Virus record (IMG/VR): IMGVR_UViG_3300046780_000733
DNA: 64,000 nucleotides
Strand: one strand, 5' to 3'
DNA from: a virus
Shown: piece by piece, positions 1 through 9,011 of the stretch
How the letters are laid out: each line of letters begins with the position of its first letter
Numbering within the stretch: the first letter of the stretch is position 1
Position numbers and translations under genes: made by a program
The notes under the pieces: generated by a model
The model's input: only the letters and a program-made list of their open reading frames with translations
What the model was told of the DNA's origin: nothing
Database searches by the model: none

Positions 1-52
1 GACCGTTGAGATCGCCCATCGGCACCGAACTGGCGGTGTATCTCTGTGCCAT
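1..52 (-). CDS. 5' end of a gene running off the window (MAQRYTASSVPMGDLNG...), possibly portal by position
   Basis: ATG at 52 with GAGGA upstream; lies downstream of terL and the moron. Identity is positional inference only. Confidence 0.35.
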   Translation of the reverse strand, partial: MAQRYTASSVPMGDLNG

Positions 53-118
53 CTAGTCCTCGCGCAAGAAAGCCGTTCGCTGTCCCACTTTGAGGGCTGT
101 CTCGGCAACGAGGCGCAT

Positions 119-147
119 AAAAAAGGCCCACCGGAGATCCGATGGGC
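119..147 (-). terminator. Rho-independent terminator closing the moron
   Basis: Minus-strand hairpin GCCCATCGGA/TCCGGTGGGC followed by T6. Confidence 0.8.
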
Positions 148-174
148 ATTGGGAGAGCGAAGAGGATTCGTTTT

Positions 175-687
175 CTATTCGACGGTCATCAGGTGACGCG
201 ATCCGACCTCGCAGTTAGGAAAGACGCCATCTTCGCTGGTGTTCACCATCTGTTCGGTTGCCACGTAGATGCCGACCGAGTATTCCCCAGGTTCCATGTC
301 GGGTATGACCCAGGAGACGTCCTTGGACCAGTGGCCAACGCCCTTGCGGTCGGTGACGTGATCGATCTTGATAAGGGGAATCAGCAGAGTCCCGTCAGAC
401 TCGCCCACGCGAATCCAGACGTCATATTCTCGGGCGTCCGGCACGTGAGGGCTCGTCTCGGGCAGCACCACCTCTATCTTGGCGCGAACTTCGAGGACTC
501 CCGGTGCCCCATAGTTCTGATGGTCGTACACGATGCGCATGTGCGTGTTGTCAGGTCCATGTTGGCCCCTGACTAACTCGACGCGCTTCCCGTCCTGGAA
601 CACCTGGGCGCAAATCGCGGTCGCTCCAATCCAGCCGACGAACGCGCTGATTACGACGACGGCCAGAATCTTGATCGCTTTACTCAT
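175..687 (-). CDS. Exported beta-rich partner protein, module copy 1 (paralog of 54574-55098)
   Basis: GGAGG SD, signal-like N-terminus MSKAIKILAVVVISAFVGW; shares NYGxP..L..R and KI..V.D..G.G.WS.D.SW...M.PG.Y.VGI.V with copy 2. Confidence 0.8.
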   Translation of the reverse strand: MSKAIKILAVVVISAFVGWIGATAICAQVFQDGKRVELVRGQHGPDNTHMRIVYDHQNYGAPGVLEVRAKIEVVLPETSPHVPDAREYDVWIRVGESDGTLLIPLIKIDHVTDRKGVGHWSKDVSWVIPDMEPGEYSVGIYVATEQMVNTSEDGVFPNCEVGSRHLMTVE

Positions 688-743
688 GATCATTCCTCCG
701 AAATTTGTCGTTGATGGTAAAACTCGCGTGCTCCTCCAGGTTA

Positions 744-1274
744 TCACGGAGGCGTTGTGGCCACAACCGTGGTGTCCTGGTCCCAGCCTGAGTAACTCAT
801 CGTGTCCGTGTCAGACCCCGAGTAGTTGTACCCCGTGTAGACTGTGGCGGTCGTCTGATAACTGGTGTTTGCACGGGCCTCGCACGCTCCGCACGTGCCG
901 TAGAACAGCGTGTTGTCGTAGTAATTGCTGCATCCCCAGAAGTCACAACTGAATGTCCCTGGGTTGAGTCCGGAATCGCTGAGGACCGTCCCGAAGCCGT
1001 TGGCTATGATGATTTGCACCCGGAATGCGTACTTTGCAGTCGTACGCATTGCCATGCCGCCGCCGCCGTACATCCTTGCATAGCAAGTCCCCTTCACGTC
1101 GTATGTTCCAGACGCACAACTGCATCCCGTGGGGTAAGTCGGGCCACCGGGGGTCGGATAATACGGGCACACACCGGCCGACGAGCAGTACGTTGCCGTC
1201 GCGCTCGCCGTCATGGACAATAGCGCAACGACAGCCAAACCAAGCCTTCTCATCATGATCGTCCAATCTTTCAT
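744..1274 (-). CDS. Secreted Cys/Gly/Tyr/Thr-rich protein, module copy 1 (paralog of 55142-55612)
   Basis: Sec signal RRLGLAVVALLSMTASATA, 9 Cys in mature part, AGGAG SD, own promoter. Confidence 0.8.
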   Translation of the reverse strand: MKDWTIMMRRLGLAVVALLSMTASATATYCSSAGVCPYYPTPGGPTYPTGCSCASGTYDVKGTCYARMYGGGGMAMRTTAKYAFRVQIIIANGFGTVLSDSGLNPGTFSCDFWGCSNYYDNTLFYGTCGACEARANTSYQTTATVYTGYNYSGSDTDTMSYSGWDQDTTVVATTPP

Positions 1275-1348
1275 CTGTCAAATCACTCCTGAAAGGGAGA
1301 AAAACTTCCCTGGACACCAGGCCAAGATCGATTCGCAATCCGAGAACG

Positions 1349-1376
1349 ATTCTAATCCCGAATCACAGGAATGCAA
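1349..1376 (-). promoter_or_regulatory. sigma70-like promoter for the moron
   Basis: TTGCAT-N16-TAGAAT in the terL/moron gap. Confidence 0.6.
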
Positions 1377-1406
1377 GCCCAATCCGAAAGATTTTCACCG
1401 GAAACA

Positions 1407-2933
1407 TCATCCTCTCCATGCTTGGAATGGGTTGTCCGCTATTTCCGCTCTCTGGGCGTGCTTCTTGGCGAGCGCGTTAGTCAGAAATCCGCATCCAATA
1501 CTGAGAGCGAGAGCGCGGTCGTCGTGGGAACCAGCGACTGCGCAACTTATGCCTCGTTTGTTCACGTGCAGGGACTGGAGTTCCGCGATCGTGGCTTCGT
1601 CGTGGATGATGATCGATCTGTCCCTGAGATGGCCGGCTAGAGACGAGACAGCAGGCTCTCTCGTGACCTCGTTGGTGAGCCACCCCGGCTTGCCGTCGTG
1701 GCCGACGCCGATCCTTCGGTACTTGGAGAGTTTCAGAGCCGTTAGTACGGCATGCCCGTGATTGTTGCGTTCCACGACAATCTCCGGGAGCGTCCGAGGA
1801 TCTCTCGCGTCCGAGTACCAGTGAGCCAGCTTCATCATGTACATAGCGAACACGTCTGGCTCCCATCGCCCGTGGAGCACGCACTGGACGGCGAGTTTGT
1901 CCAGGCTGATCACGAATCCGGCTGAGTAATCTGGGTCGCCCTCGCCATCTTCGAGTCCCTCGGCGACGTCCGCGCAGATCAAATACTTACGGCCCCCAAC
2001 TGGAGCATTGTAGAGGCTTACCCCCGGGATGGCCTGGATGTTGAGAGGGAGTTCGCCGCGAGGAGTAGGACTGCGGACCAACTTGGTCTGATATTCGATC
2101 CACTCGTACTCGAATCTCGCGCGTCCACTCGACACGAACGCTTCAAACGCCGTCGCCGGGTAGTTCTGGGGGATCTTCTTTGGATCGGGGGATTCCGCCC
2201 TGACCTTCTCGAACCATTCGGCGGTTCGCGTTGGCCTCGCCCACCAAGGCAAGAAGACAGTCGAAAATCCATTTTTGTTGTCGCGAGCCTTAGACCACAG
2301 GCTATGGAACATTCCGCCGACGCCGTTGGCGGTGCTGAACACGATCATCTGGCCACCGGCGTCGATCGTCGGCTTCACGGAGTTCATTAACTCCGTCGCC
2401 TGCAAAATATGGGCAGCCTCGTCGATCACCAGGATCGATGCCGTATAGGATACGCCGGACGACTTGGTCGCCGGCATCGACCTTATTTTGGACCCATTGG
2501 TGAGCCTGAAGTCCCGCTTGGTCTCACCCTCGGGCCGCGGGAGAATCTCGCGCAACCAATCGGGCAGCCGTTCGTACATCGCCTTGATGCGGCGAAGCAA
2601 CTCGTTGGCCTCGCTCTGGCCCTTCGAGAACAGGAAGATGTCCTGGTTGCCCTTGAATAACGCCGCCCAGAGCACGAACGAGCATACCACCCACGAGATC
2701 CCGAGCTGGCGAGCCTTGAGCATCACCAGTCGCTTCTCACGCATCAACCGCCAGAACACCTGGACCTGCGCGGGCCACAGTTTGAATGGCGTGGTTCCCG
2801 CGCATTCCCCCGCGACGCCCTGGGTGTCGTCGATGATGCAGTAATTGTGGCAAAAATAAGAGGCGTCGGCGGCACACGCCAGGTATTCGGAGGACGGATC
2901 GGCAACGCCATCCTTCAGGTTGTCATCGCTCAC
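1407..2933 (-). CDS. terL: Terminase large subunit
   Basis: LKARQLGISW (Walker A), ILVIDEAAH (Walker B), STANG, ICADVAEG and HDDRALA nuclease motifs; GTG start overlaps terS stop (GTGA). Confidence 0.93.
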   Translation of the reverse strand: MSDDNLKDGVADPSSEYLACAADASYFCHNYCIIDDTQGVAGECAGTTPFKLWPAQVQVFWRLMREKRLVMLKARQLGISWVVCSFVLWAALFKGNQDIFLFSKGQSEANELLRRIKAMYERLPDWLREILPRPEGETKRDFRLTNGSKIRSMPATKSSGVSYTASILVIDEAAHILQATELMNSVKPTIDAGGQMIVFSTANGVGGMFHSLWSKARDNKNGFSTVFLPWWARPTRTAEWFEKVRAESPDPKKIPQNYPATAFEAFVSSGRARFEYEWIEYQTKLVRSPTPRGELPLNIQAIPGVSLYNAPVGGRKYLICADVAEGLEDGEGDPDYSAGFVISLDKLAVQCVLHGRWEPDVFAMYMMKLAHWYSDARDPRTLPEIVVERNNHGHAVLTALKLSKYRRIGVGHDGKPGWLTNEVTREPAVSSLAGHLRDRSIIIHDEATIAELQSLHVNKRGISCAVAGSHDDRALALSIGCGFLTNALAKKHAQRAEIADNPFQAWRG

Positions 2934-3607
2934 ACTGATTCCCTCACTGGCACTTCGATCGGGTTGACTGAGGTGCCGGGCGGATTCAGTTCGATGCTCT
3001 CCAGGGACTTCAACTGCTCCTGGCGGAACTGGGCAAGTTTCCGCTGTGCTTCCTCGATCGTCTCTTCCGATGGGTCGAACTGGGCCTTGTTGCCCTCGTT
3101 GAGCAGATCGACGCACTCCAGTTCGCAGGCTGTCTTGGCCAGCACCGCGATGTCTCGCAACTGCCACTTCGCTGGCTCCATCACCACCGAGTGGTAGGTG
3201 ATGGTCCCGTCCTCGTTGGTGGTCTTGGAGTCCTCGATGACGCGCGTCGTGGGGGTGCGGAGCATCTCGTGCACCTTGTCACGGAGCAAGTCTGCCACAT
3301 GCAGATTGGCGTCAATACGTCGCTCTCGGTCGGCAGCACGCCGGATCGCCGACCTCTCCTGGGTCCGCAATTCAGTGCTGGCTTTTTTCTCAGCCAGCCG
3401 GGCTTCCCAAGCGAGACATCGATCGTCCCACTTGAATTTGCGACTCCATTTTCGCAAACCGGCGACATTCGAGACGCAGTTGAATTGCTCGTCAAACTGG
3501 ACCCGGAGATCCTCGATATTGCGCCCAGGTCCTGAGTCTCTGTAAAAAATAAACGCAGCGTAACTTCTTGATGTTTCGCCTTTAATCGGCTGCCAAGGCT
3601 CTTTCAC
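2930..3607 (-). CDS. Probable terminase small subunit
   Basis: Directly upstream of and coupled to terL; PWQPIKGETSRSYAAF.FYRD.GP.R...WS.K..W..R motif typical of phage TerS-like proteins; GGAGG SD. Confidence 0.65.
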   Translation of the reverse strand: MKEPWQPIKGETSRSYAAFIFYRDSGPGRNIEDLRVQFDEQFNCVSNVAGLRKWSRKFKWDDRCLAWEARLAEKKASTELRTQERSAIRRAADRERRIDANLHVADLLRDKVHEMLRTPTTRVIEDSKTTNEDGTITYHSVVMEPAKWQLRDIAVLAKTACELECVDLLNEGNKAQFDPSEETIEEAQRKLAQFRQEQLKSLESIELNPPGTSVNPIEVPVRESV

Positions 3608-3684
3608 GACCGTCCTCCGGTGAACAGTTTCTCCCCGTTGATTGGCCGATTTCGGAAACTTTGGGTATTTTTTGAAGATTGCTC

Positions 3685-3712
3685 TTGCGGAATTACGAAT
3701 CCAGGTTAAATT
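3685..3712 (+). promoter_or_regulatory. sigma70-like promoter
   Basis: TTGCGG-N16-TAAATT in the divergent terS/recombinase gap. Confidence 0.5.
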
Positions 3713-3750
3713 CAGGATATGGATCACGAACGCTAGGCAGGAGTCAAGCG

Positions 3751-4473
3751 ATGTGCAAAGCAATCGGATACAAGAGGGTCAGCAAAGACAGTCAGGCTGA
3801 ATCTGGCGCTGGCATGAACGCCCAGGACGACGTCATCAAGGCGTGCGCCGATCGCCTCGGCGTTGAGCTGGTGAGGATTTTCGCCACCGAAGACGCCGGA
3901 GTGAGTTCGGTGTCACCGCTCGAAGATCGGCCAGAGTTATTCGAGGCGATCTCCTGCCTCGAAAAAGGCGACATCCTGATCGTCGCCAAGCGAGACCGGC
4001 TCGGCAGAGACCCGATCATCGTCGCAATGATCGAAGCCGCAGTTCGGCGAAAAGGTGCCCGAATTATCTCTGCGGCCGGCGAAGGCACCGAAAGCGACAG
4101 CCCAACCGACGTGCTGATGCGCCGAATCGTCGATGCTTTCGGCGAGTACGAGCGGCTCATCATCAAAGTCAGAACCATTTCAGCCCTTAAGGCCAAGAAG
4201 ATTCGCGGCGAGCGAACTGGTTCTGTCCCGTTTGGTAAAAAACTTGCCGAGAACGGCAAAACCTTGCTCGACAATCCTGGTGAAATGGAAATCGCACGCA
4301 TCGCACGGCGGCTGCGTCGAGAAGGCTTGTCTCTCAAAGAGATCGCCGACCGACTAAACGAAGACGGGATCTCGACCAAGAACAAGGGTGTCGTACGCAA
4401 GGATGGACGTGTCATCGTTGGCCGATGGCACAAGATGTCGGTCCAGCGGATTCTGAAAGCGAACATCCTCTAG
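3751..4473 (+). CDS. Serine recombinase (resolvase/invertase family) with C-terminal DNA-binding domain
   Basis: GYKRVS (catalytic Ser), EDAGVS, RPEL, KRDRLGRD motifs. Confidence 0.92.
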   Translation: MCKAIGYKRVSKDSQAESGAGMNAQDDVIKACADRLGVELVRIFATEDAGVSSVSPLEDRPELFEAISCLEKGDILIVAKRDRLGRDPIIVAMIEAAVRRKGARIISAAGEGTESDSPTDVLMRRIVDAFGEYERLIIKVRTISALKAKKIRGERTGSVPFGKKLAENGKTLLDNPGEMEIARIARRLRREGLSLKEIADRLNEDGISTKNKGVVRKDGRVIVGRWHKMSVQRILKANIL

Positions 4474-4491
4474 GCACCCGGAGACCCACGA

Positions 4492-4746
4492 ATGGCTCTC
4501 AGCGACAAATGGTACCTTTTCGTCGGTGGCCCATGGAACAACTTGCTGCTAAACATGGGACATGGGAAGCACACGGAGTTCCGTGTTCCTCGCCTGCAAG
4601 AGACGATTCAGTTTGATGCAGATGATTTGCAGCAAACCATGTACGAGACGTACACGCTTGACCATCCCCTGCCCACCGGAGTCAAGGTGATGTCGTGCCT
4701 GTTTCGTCACTCGTCGATGCTCGGACGGGTTCCAGTGAACCCATGA
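4492..4746 (+). CDS. Hypothetical phage protein (FVGGP.. family)
   Basis: GGAG SD, ATGA coupling to next gene; LFVGGPW resembles YVGGPD in 7981-8268. Confidence 0.55.
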   Translation: MALSDKWYLFVGGPWNNLLLNMGHGKHTEFRVPRLQETIQFDADDLQQTMYETYTLDHPLPTGVKVMSCLFRHSSMLGRVPVNP

Positions 4747-4964
4747 TATACGCGCCTGAAGCCCCGTGGTGCCGACGCTGCGGCGAGGTACTTGAGCAAG
4801 AACCTATGGACTGGTCATACGTAGAACACGGATGGGTGTGCGGGCGGTGCGTGCGGACCAGCGATGCGCCACCGCCGACCCAAGAAGAACTGGACGAACT
4901 CACGGATCGCCGGATCGCTGAGTTTGAGAAAAGTTTCCGTCGGAAACCACAGGAGAAAAGCTAG
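4743..4964 (+). CDS. Small CxxC..CxxC zinc-finger protein
   Basis: CRRC/CGRC; coupled on both sides. Confidence 0.55.
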   Translation: MIYAPEAPWCRRCGEVLEQEPMDWSYVEHGWVCGRCVRTSDAPPPTQEELDELTDRRIAEFEKSFRRKPQEKS

Positions 4965-5458
4965 TGAAAGCACCGAAAGAGTTCCCCTTGCCGTGGAAGC
5001 CGTACGACGCGCAAGGAATCCATGATTCACCAGGATACATCGTCGCCTACTGCGATGCGATGCGAAACAGCGAACTTCGCGACTACGCGGTTCACGCAGC
5101 CAACAACTACCCGAGGGCCGTCAAACTCCTTGGAGAGTCGCTCTATATTCTTCAGCACGTCGATATCGTCGGCGAGAAACTCAAGGAAGACATCGTGGCG
5201 TTCCTGAAGGATGTCGGCGACCTTCCGGAAGACGCGAATCCGAAGTTCTTCAGGGCATTTGCAGAGGAGTCTGACCGATATTCGCGCGCCGACATCGAGG
5301 CCATCATTGACACAGTGGTCAAGAAAACGGTCAGCGAGTTCTGGAATCAGCCGATCCAGCCAAACGTAGGAGCCTCACGTCTCATGTTTGACGGGCAACC
5401 GATCACCATGACTCTCTCGACTCAGGAAGTCAACAAGGAGACTGACAAAGATGCCTAA
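4964..5458 (+). CDS. Hypothetical protein
   Basis: AGGAG SD, coupled ORF. Confidence 0.6.
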   Translation: MKAPKEFPLPWKPYDAQGIHDSPGYIVAYCDAMRNSELRDYAVHAANNYPRAVKLLGESLYILQHVDIVGEKLKEDIVAFLKDVGDLPEDANPKFFRAFAEESDRYSRADIEAIIDTVVKKTVSEFWNQPIQPNVGASRLMFDGQPITMTLSTQEVNKETDKDA

Positions 5459-5702
5459 GCCACGTTTCTACTGGCGCAAAGGATGGGGGTACGAAGGCCG
5501 CATGCGGCTTGTTCCGTCGTTCGAGTGCCGATTGGACCGCAGGAAGATTGCCACTGTCCAGCAGGGCGAGAGCCCAGATCAATGGTACTGGTACGGCGGC
5601 GGGTACAACTCGCTCTCCAATGGCGGCAGTTACCAGTCGCTGGAAGACTGCAAGAAGGGCGTGATCGAGGAGTACACGAAGAACCCATGGGAGATATTCT
5701 GA
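5451..5702 (+). CDS. Hypothetical protein
   Basis: AAGGAG SD, overlap coupling. Confidence 0.55.
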   Translation: MPKPRFYWRKGWGYEGRMRLVPSFECRLDRRKIATVQQGESPDQWYWYGGGYNSLSNGGSYQSLEDCKKGVIEEYTKNPWEIF

Positions 5703-5929
5703 TGACCTGCGACCATCACCCTGACGTATTGACTCTAGAGAATGCCCGCAGGCTCGCCTTGAGCACCGGCTGCCAAGAGGGGTCGCTATTGCACCAAAAG
5801 AGGATTCGCGACGCCTACAAAACATTGGCCGGCGGGTGCTACCCTGTGTCGCTGAAACAGTGTCTGGCCGACATGAACGCCGCAATCGCCGCCAGGGAGG
5901 CCAAAGAGTGCAGGCAACTGAATCCATAG
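5702..5929 (+). CDS. Hypothetical protein
   Basis: TGATG coupling. Confidence 0.5.
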   Translation: MTCDHHPDVLTLENARRLALSTGCQEGSLLHQKRIRDAYKTLAGGCYPVSLKQCLADMNAAIAAREAKECRQLNP

Positions 5930-6495
5930 AGGATTTCGCGGAGTCCCGAGGGATCGGGGTCGGGCTCGCTGGACTTGTTGTGGCGGAACTCTGGCTCCGC
6001 AGTCGTCCACCGTTCGTCCCGACCGATGACGAAACACGGGTTCTCGATCGGCACCCTGGGGCCGAATGCCGATACGCCAGCTACTTCTCGAAATACTACG
6101 CTGAGATATGGATAGACTGCCAAGTTGCGTCCAGGGCTCGCACGGAAGCCAAGGCGTGGTCCAAGGCGCTCGCGTGGATCAACGATGCCTGGATGAGAGA
6201 CGAGACGCCTCCAGTGGTCCCACAAGGACCACCCGCGCTCGCGGATACATTGTCAAAGATCGTCGATCCGTCAGCCTCCATGGTTCCGATCAGCGCCAAG
6301 GCCATAGAGGTCCTCCGCGGCCAAAAGCCTATGTCTGCAAGGCAAGTATCTCTTGCACTGTGGGGCACGGTCAGCAAAGCGATGGCGGCTCGCAAAGTTC
6401 TCGGGAAGCTCAGGGCAGACGGACTCGTGTCCAGAGCAGGCGTCAAAGGGAGAGTCCGATGGAGGCTCGCCGATGGGGAAGGATTACACGCGTAG
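5908..6495 (+). CDS. Hypothetical protein with C-terminal winged-helix domain
   Basis: GGAGG SD; MSARQVSLAL...ARKVLGKLRADGLV.R wHTH pattern. Confidence 0.55.
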   Translation: MQATESIEDFAESRGIGVGLAGLVVAELWLRSRPPFVPTDDETRVLDRHPGAECRYASYFSKYYAEIWIDCQVASRARTEAKAWSKALAWINDAWMRDETPPVVPQGPPALADTLSKIVDPSASMVPISAKAIEVLRGQKPMSARQVSLALWGTVSKAMAARKVLGKLRADGLVSRAGVKGRVRWRLADGEGLHA

Positions 6496-6827
6496 GATGT
6501 GCGAATCTCGATTCAAAATCCTGGGGGTCATGGACGCCGCACAGGACATCCAGGACGCCGATCTGTGGGAGTCGATGGCGCAGGCGATGCACGAAGCCCT
6601 CAACGCCTACAAGCCAGGGCCTGCCGAGGTGCCGACGGTCGCAGAGGCCGTTGTTGACATGACCGATCTCGGGGCAATGATGTGGGAGGGAACATGCTTG
6701 TGAACGACCTACGATCGATCGCTGTGCTGATCGGTGGAACCCGGCGGCGTCGCCATTCTTCTCTGCAATCAAAACGGCTCTGGTACGCTCAATATCGACA
6801 GGCGAGATTCGCCAGGAGGATGCTAGG

Positions 6828-7718
6828 ATGATCGAGATTCCTCGAGAAAACACAAGTTACGAACACGTGCTCCGATCCATCTTGGATTACGGCGAGAAGG
6901 TGCCAACCGGCACATTCCTGGAGAAAGAGCAGAGGCAACCGCATGCGATCTCGTTGGTCGGCGTCCAGTTTATCCACGACCTGCGCACTGGGTTCCCGGC
7001 GATCACGACCAAGAAACTCCAGTGGGTCTCGGTGGTCAAGGAACTTCTGTGGTTCCTTCGCGGGGACACCAACATCGGAACCCTCGGATGCGGCATCTGG
7101 AACCAGTGGGCCGACAAGCGTGGAAACGTCGGACCCGTGTACGGATACCAGTGGCGTAGATGGGAGTACGAGGACGGACCGCACGACTACAAGGACTGGG
7201 ACCAGATCGGACGCCTGGTTGATGACCTCAAGAGAGTCCACGAGAACCCATTCGATCGTTCTCGACGCCGGCTGGTTGTCTCGGCCTGGAACGCACCCGA
7301 TGTGCCCAAGATGGGGCTAGCCCCGTGCCACACACTTTGGCAGGTGCTACCCGTAAACGGCCGCCTTGACATGATCTGCCACTGGCGATCCATAGACATG
7401 TTTTTCGGATTCCCTTTTAATCTCGCGAGCTACGCTCTCTTGAACCACATCCTGTGCGAGGTCACAGGATTGACTCCAGGAGTGATCTACATGCACATCG
7501 CCGACTGCCACATCTACGACAACCAGGTCGAGGCGGTCCTAGAGCAGATCGACCGCGAGCCTCTGCCGTGGCCTAACCTGACCGTCTACGGGGCAGTCAA
7601 GAGCCTGGCTCCGGACCTGTCGGTGGACCAGTGCCGTCTCCTTGTGCCAGAGATGTTCGCGTTGAATGACTACCAGCACTACGGGCCGCTGAAATCAGCA
7701 CCGGAGATCGCCGTATGA
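6828..7718 (+). CDS. thyA: Thymidylate synthase
   Basis: TTKK, ELLWFLRGDTN, GPVYGYQWR, SRR, SAWN, LAPCH catalytic Cys, RS.D..FG.PFN.ASY, DCHIY. Confidence 0.97.
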   Translation: MIEIPRENTSYEHVLRSILDYGEKVPTGTFLEKEQRQPHAISLVGVQFIHDLRTGFPAITTKKLQWVSVVKELLWFLRGDTNIGTLGCGIWNQWADKRGNVGPVYGYQWRRWEYEDGPHDYKDWDQIGRLVDDLKRVHENPFDRSRRRLVVSAWNAPDVPKMGLAPCHTLWQVLPVNGRLDMICHWRSIDMFFGFPFNLASYALLNHILCEVTGLTPGVIYMHIADCHIYDNQVEAVLEQIDREPLPWPNLTVYGAVKSLAPDLSVDQCRLLVPEMFALNDYQHYGPLKSAPEIAV

Positions 7719-8011
7719 GCGAGAAATCGACTGGCCATGTCGCCACAACCAAAGCGCAACGCGAGATCCTTCGCCACTCGCTGTTCGGATCGAGTCGGGC
7801 CAAGAAGCCGTTTCGCAACTATTTCTGCGAAACTGTTGGCGGTGAACACGAATCCGACATCGCCAAACTGATCGAACTCGGCCTCATGAAGCGAGGCCAC
7901 ACGATTAACGGAGGTCGCGACTACTATGTGCATGTGACCGAGGCGGGTGCCGCAGAGATAGACACCCTACTTCCGGAGGAGTGCGCGTCACGAAGATCTT
8001 CGACTTCCTGA
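7715..8011 (+). CDS. Hypothetical phage protein (wHTH-like)
   Basis: ATGA overlap with thyA; RHSL...RNYF...L..LGLM...VT.AG pattern. Confidence 0.6.
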   Translation: MSEKSTGHVATTKAQREILRHSLFGSSRAKKPFRNYFCETVGGEHESDIAKLIELGLMKRGHTINGGRDYYVHVTEAGAAEIDTLLPEECASRRSSTS

Positions 8012-8311
8012 AGCGATCGAAGCCAAACAACGTGCCCCAGGATCTGACCAACGACGTTCCCCAAGACCTATCCAAGGACTTCGTATACGTGGGTGGCCCC
8101 GACGATGGGCACTCCATGGTTCCCCTGTGCAAACTGACGCGACACAGTTGGGTTATTTCGGACAGCGGAACCAGGTACTACGTGTACGAGACCGTACCTG
8201 GCAACAGGCTGCGGTTCATCGGGTACGCGGGCAAAGTTGGCGAGATGCCTGTTGTTGTTGGTTCCTAAGAAGCATGCAACACTCAACCGTTTTTTCAAGG
8301 AGATTCTCAAG

Positions 8312-8575
8312 ATGAAGCGATTAGTTACAGAAGTGGAACGCGATGGGCTCGACAAACTCATCGGCGAAGAAGTCGTGCTGTTCTGCGCCGTCTACATTTA
8401 CGCCGGGAAATTGATCGGCGTCAACAACACCTGTGTTGCTCTCCAGGACGCGAAGATCGTCTACGAGACCGGGGCATTCTCGGACAAGACGTGGAAAGAC
8501 GCTCAGCCGCTTCCTTCCAAAGAATGGTTTGTGCAACTCGGAATGGTGGAAAGTTTCGCGGCCGTTGCCAAGTAA
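8312..8575 (+). CDS. Sm/Lsm-fold-like protein
   Basis: AAGGAG SD; Sm1-like pattern LDKLIGEEVVL..YIYAGKLIGV....LQDA and a closing WFV..GMVESF strand pair. Confidence 0.6.
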   Translation: MKRLVTEVERDGLDKLIGEEVVLFCAVYIYAGKLIGVNNTCVALQDAKIVYETGAFSDKTWKDAQPLPSKEWFVQLGMVESFAAVAK

Positions 8576-8602
8576 CACACACAAGTACAGGAGGATGAAG
8601 CA

Positions 8603-8785
8603 GTGTTAGCAGTCAAGAAAAGAACAAGGTCGTGGTCTGGCTGGAAGGCGAGGTCGATGTCGAGGTCGATGTCGAGGTCGTGGTCGTGGTCTGGCGGGAA
8701 GGCGTGGTCGATGTCGGGGTCGATGTCGAGGTCGTGGTCGTGGTCGTGGTCGAGGTCGTGGTCGGTGGCGGGGTCGGGGTATTAA
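8603..8785 (+). CDS. 60-aa basic RS/WS/MS dipeptide-repeat peptide
   Basis: GGAGG SD 8 nt before GTG; follows the Sm-like gene. Confidence 0.55.
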   Translation: MLAVKKRTRSWSGWKARSMSRSMSRSWSWSGGKAWSMSGSMSRSWSWSWSRSWSVAGSGY

Positions 8786-9011
8786 CCCTCAGTTGATCCT
8801 GTGGCAGGAAGAAGTGACCCACGAGAACGCCCAGGGCGAAAACCATGACCAAACTGATCACCGGGTACGCCTGGTGTGCACGGAGCCACACGCGAGAAAC
8901 CGTGGCCTCGACGCCGAACACTCGCCATATCATCAGGTCGTACCCGATGATAGACATGGCCGTCATGGTCATGAACCCAACCGTAACCCATTGAATTTGG
9001 TTCGGATTCAT
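8613..9011 (-). CDS. Small two-TM membrane protein with Thr/Ser-rich tail
   Basis: Two hydrophobic segments; EATVSR..YP.I...GVLVGHFFLPQ pattern; tail read from the antisense of the repeat. Confidence 0.6.
   Translation of the reverse strand: MNPNQIQWVTVGFMTMTAMSIIGYDLMIWRVFGVEATVSRVWLRAHQAYPVISLVMVFALGVLVGHFFLPQDQLRVNTPTPPPTTTSTTTTTTTSTSTPTSTTPSRQTTTTTSTSTSTSTSPSSQTTTLFFS
8628..8780. repeat. NNGTCG hexamer tandem array containing a ~54-bp duplication
   Basis: aggtcg/tggtcg/atgtcg units; ggtcgtggtctggc.ggaaggcg occurs twice. Confidence 0.9.

Noticed and set aside
2934-3167. N-terminal extension of TerL given in the ORF track
   Set aside because: Overlaps terS; the GTGA-coupled start at 2933 is more plausible
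3792-4466. Long antisense ORFs (also 42018-42614, 62672-63301, 56328-57287)
   Set aside because: Shadow or alternative frames of well-supported genes in GC-rich DNA
3751-4473. IS607 transposon
   Set aside because: No N-terminal MerR HTH and no adjacent tnpB
6828-7718. Base-modifying thymidylate synthase homologue (hydroxymethylase)
   Set aside because: Canonical ThyA motifs, and DHFR is present, consistent with ordinary dTMP synthesis
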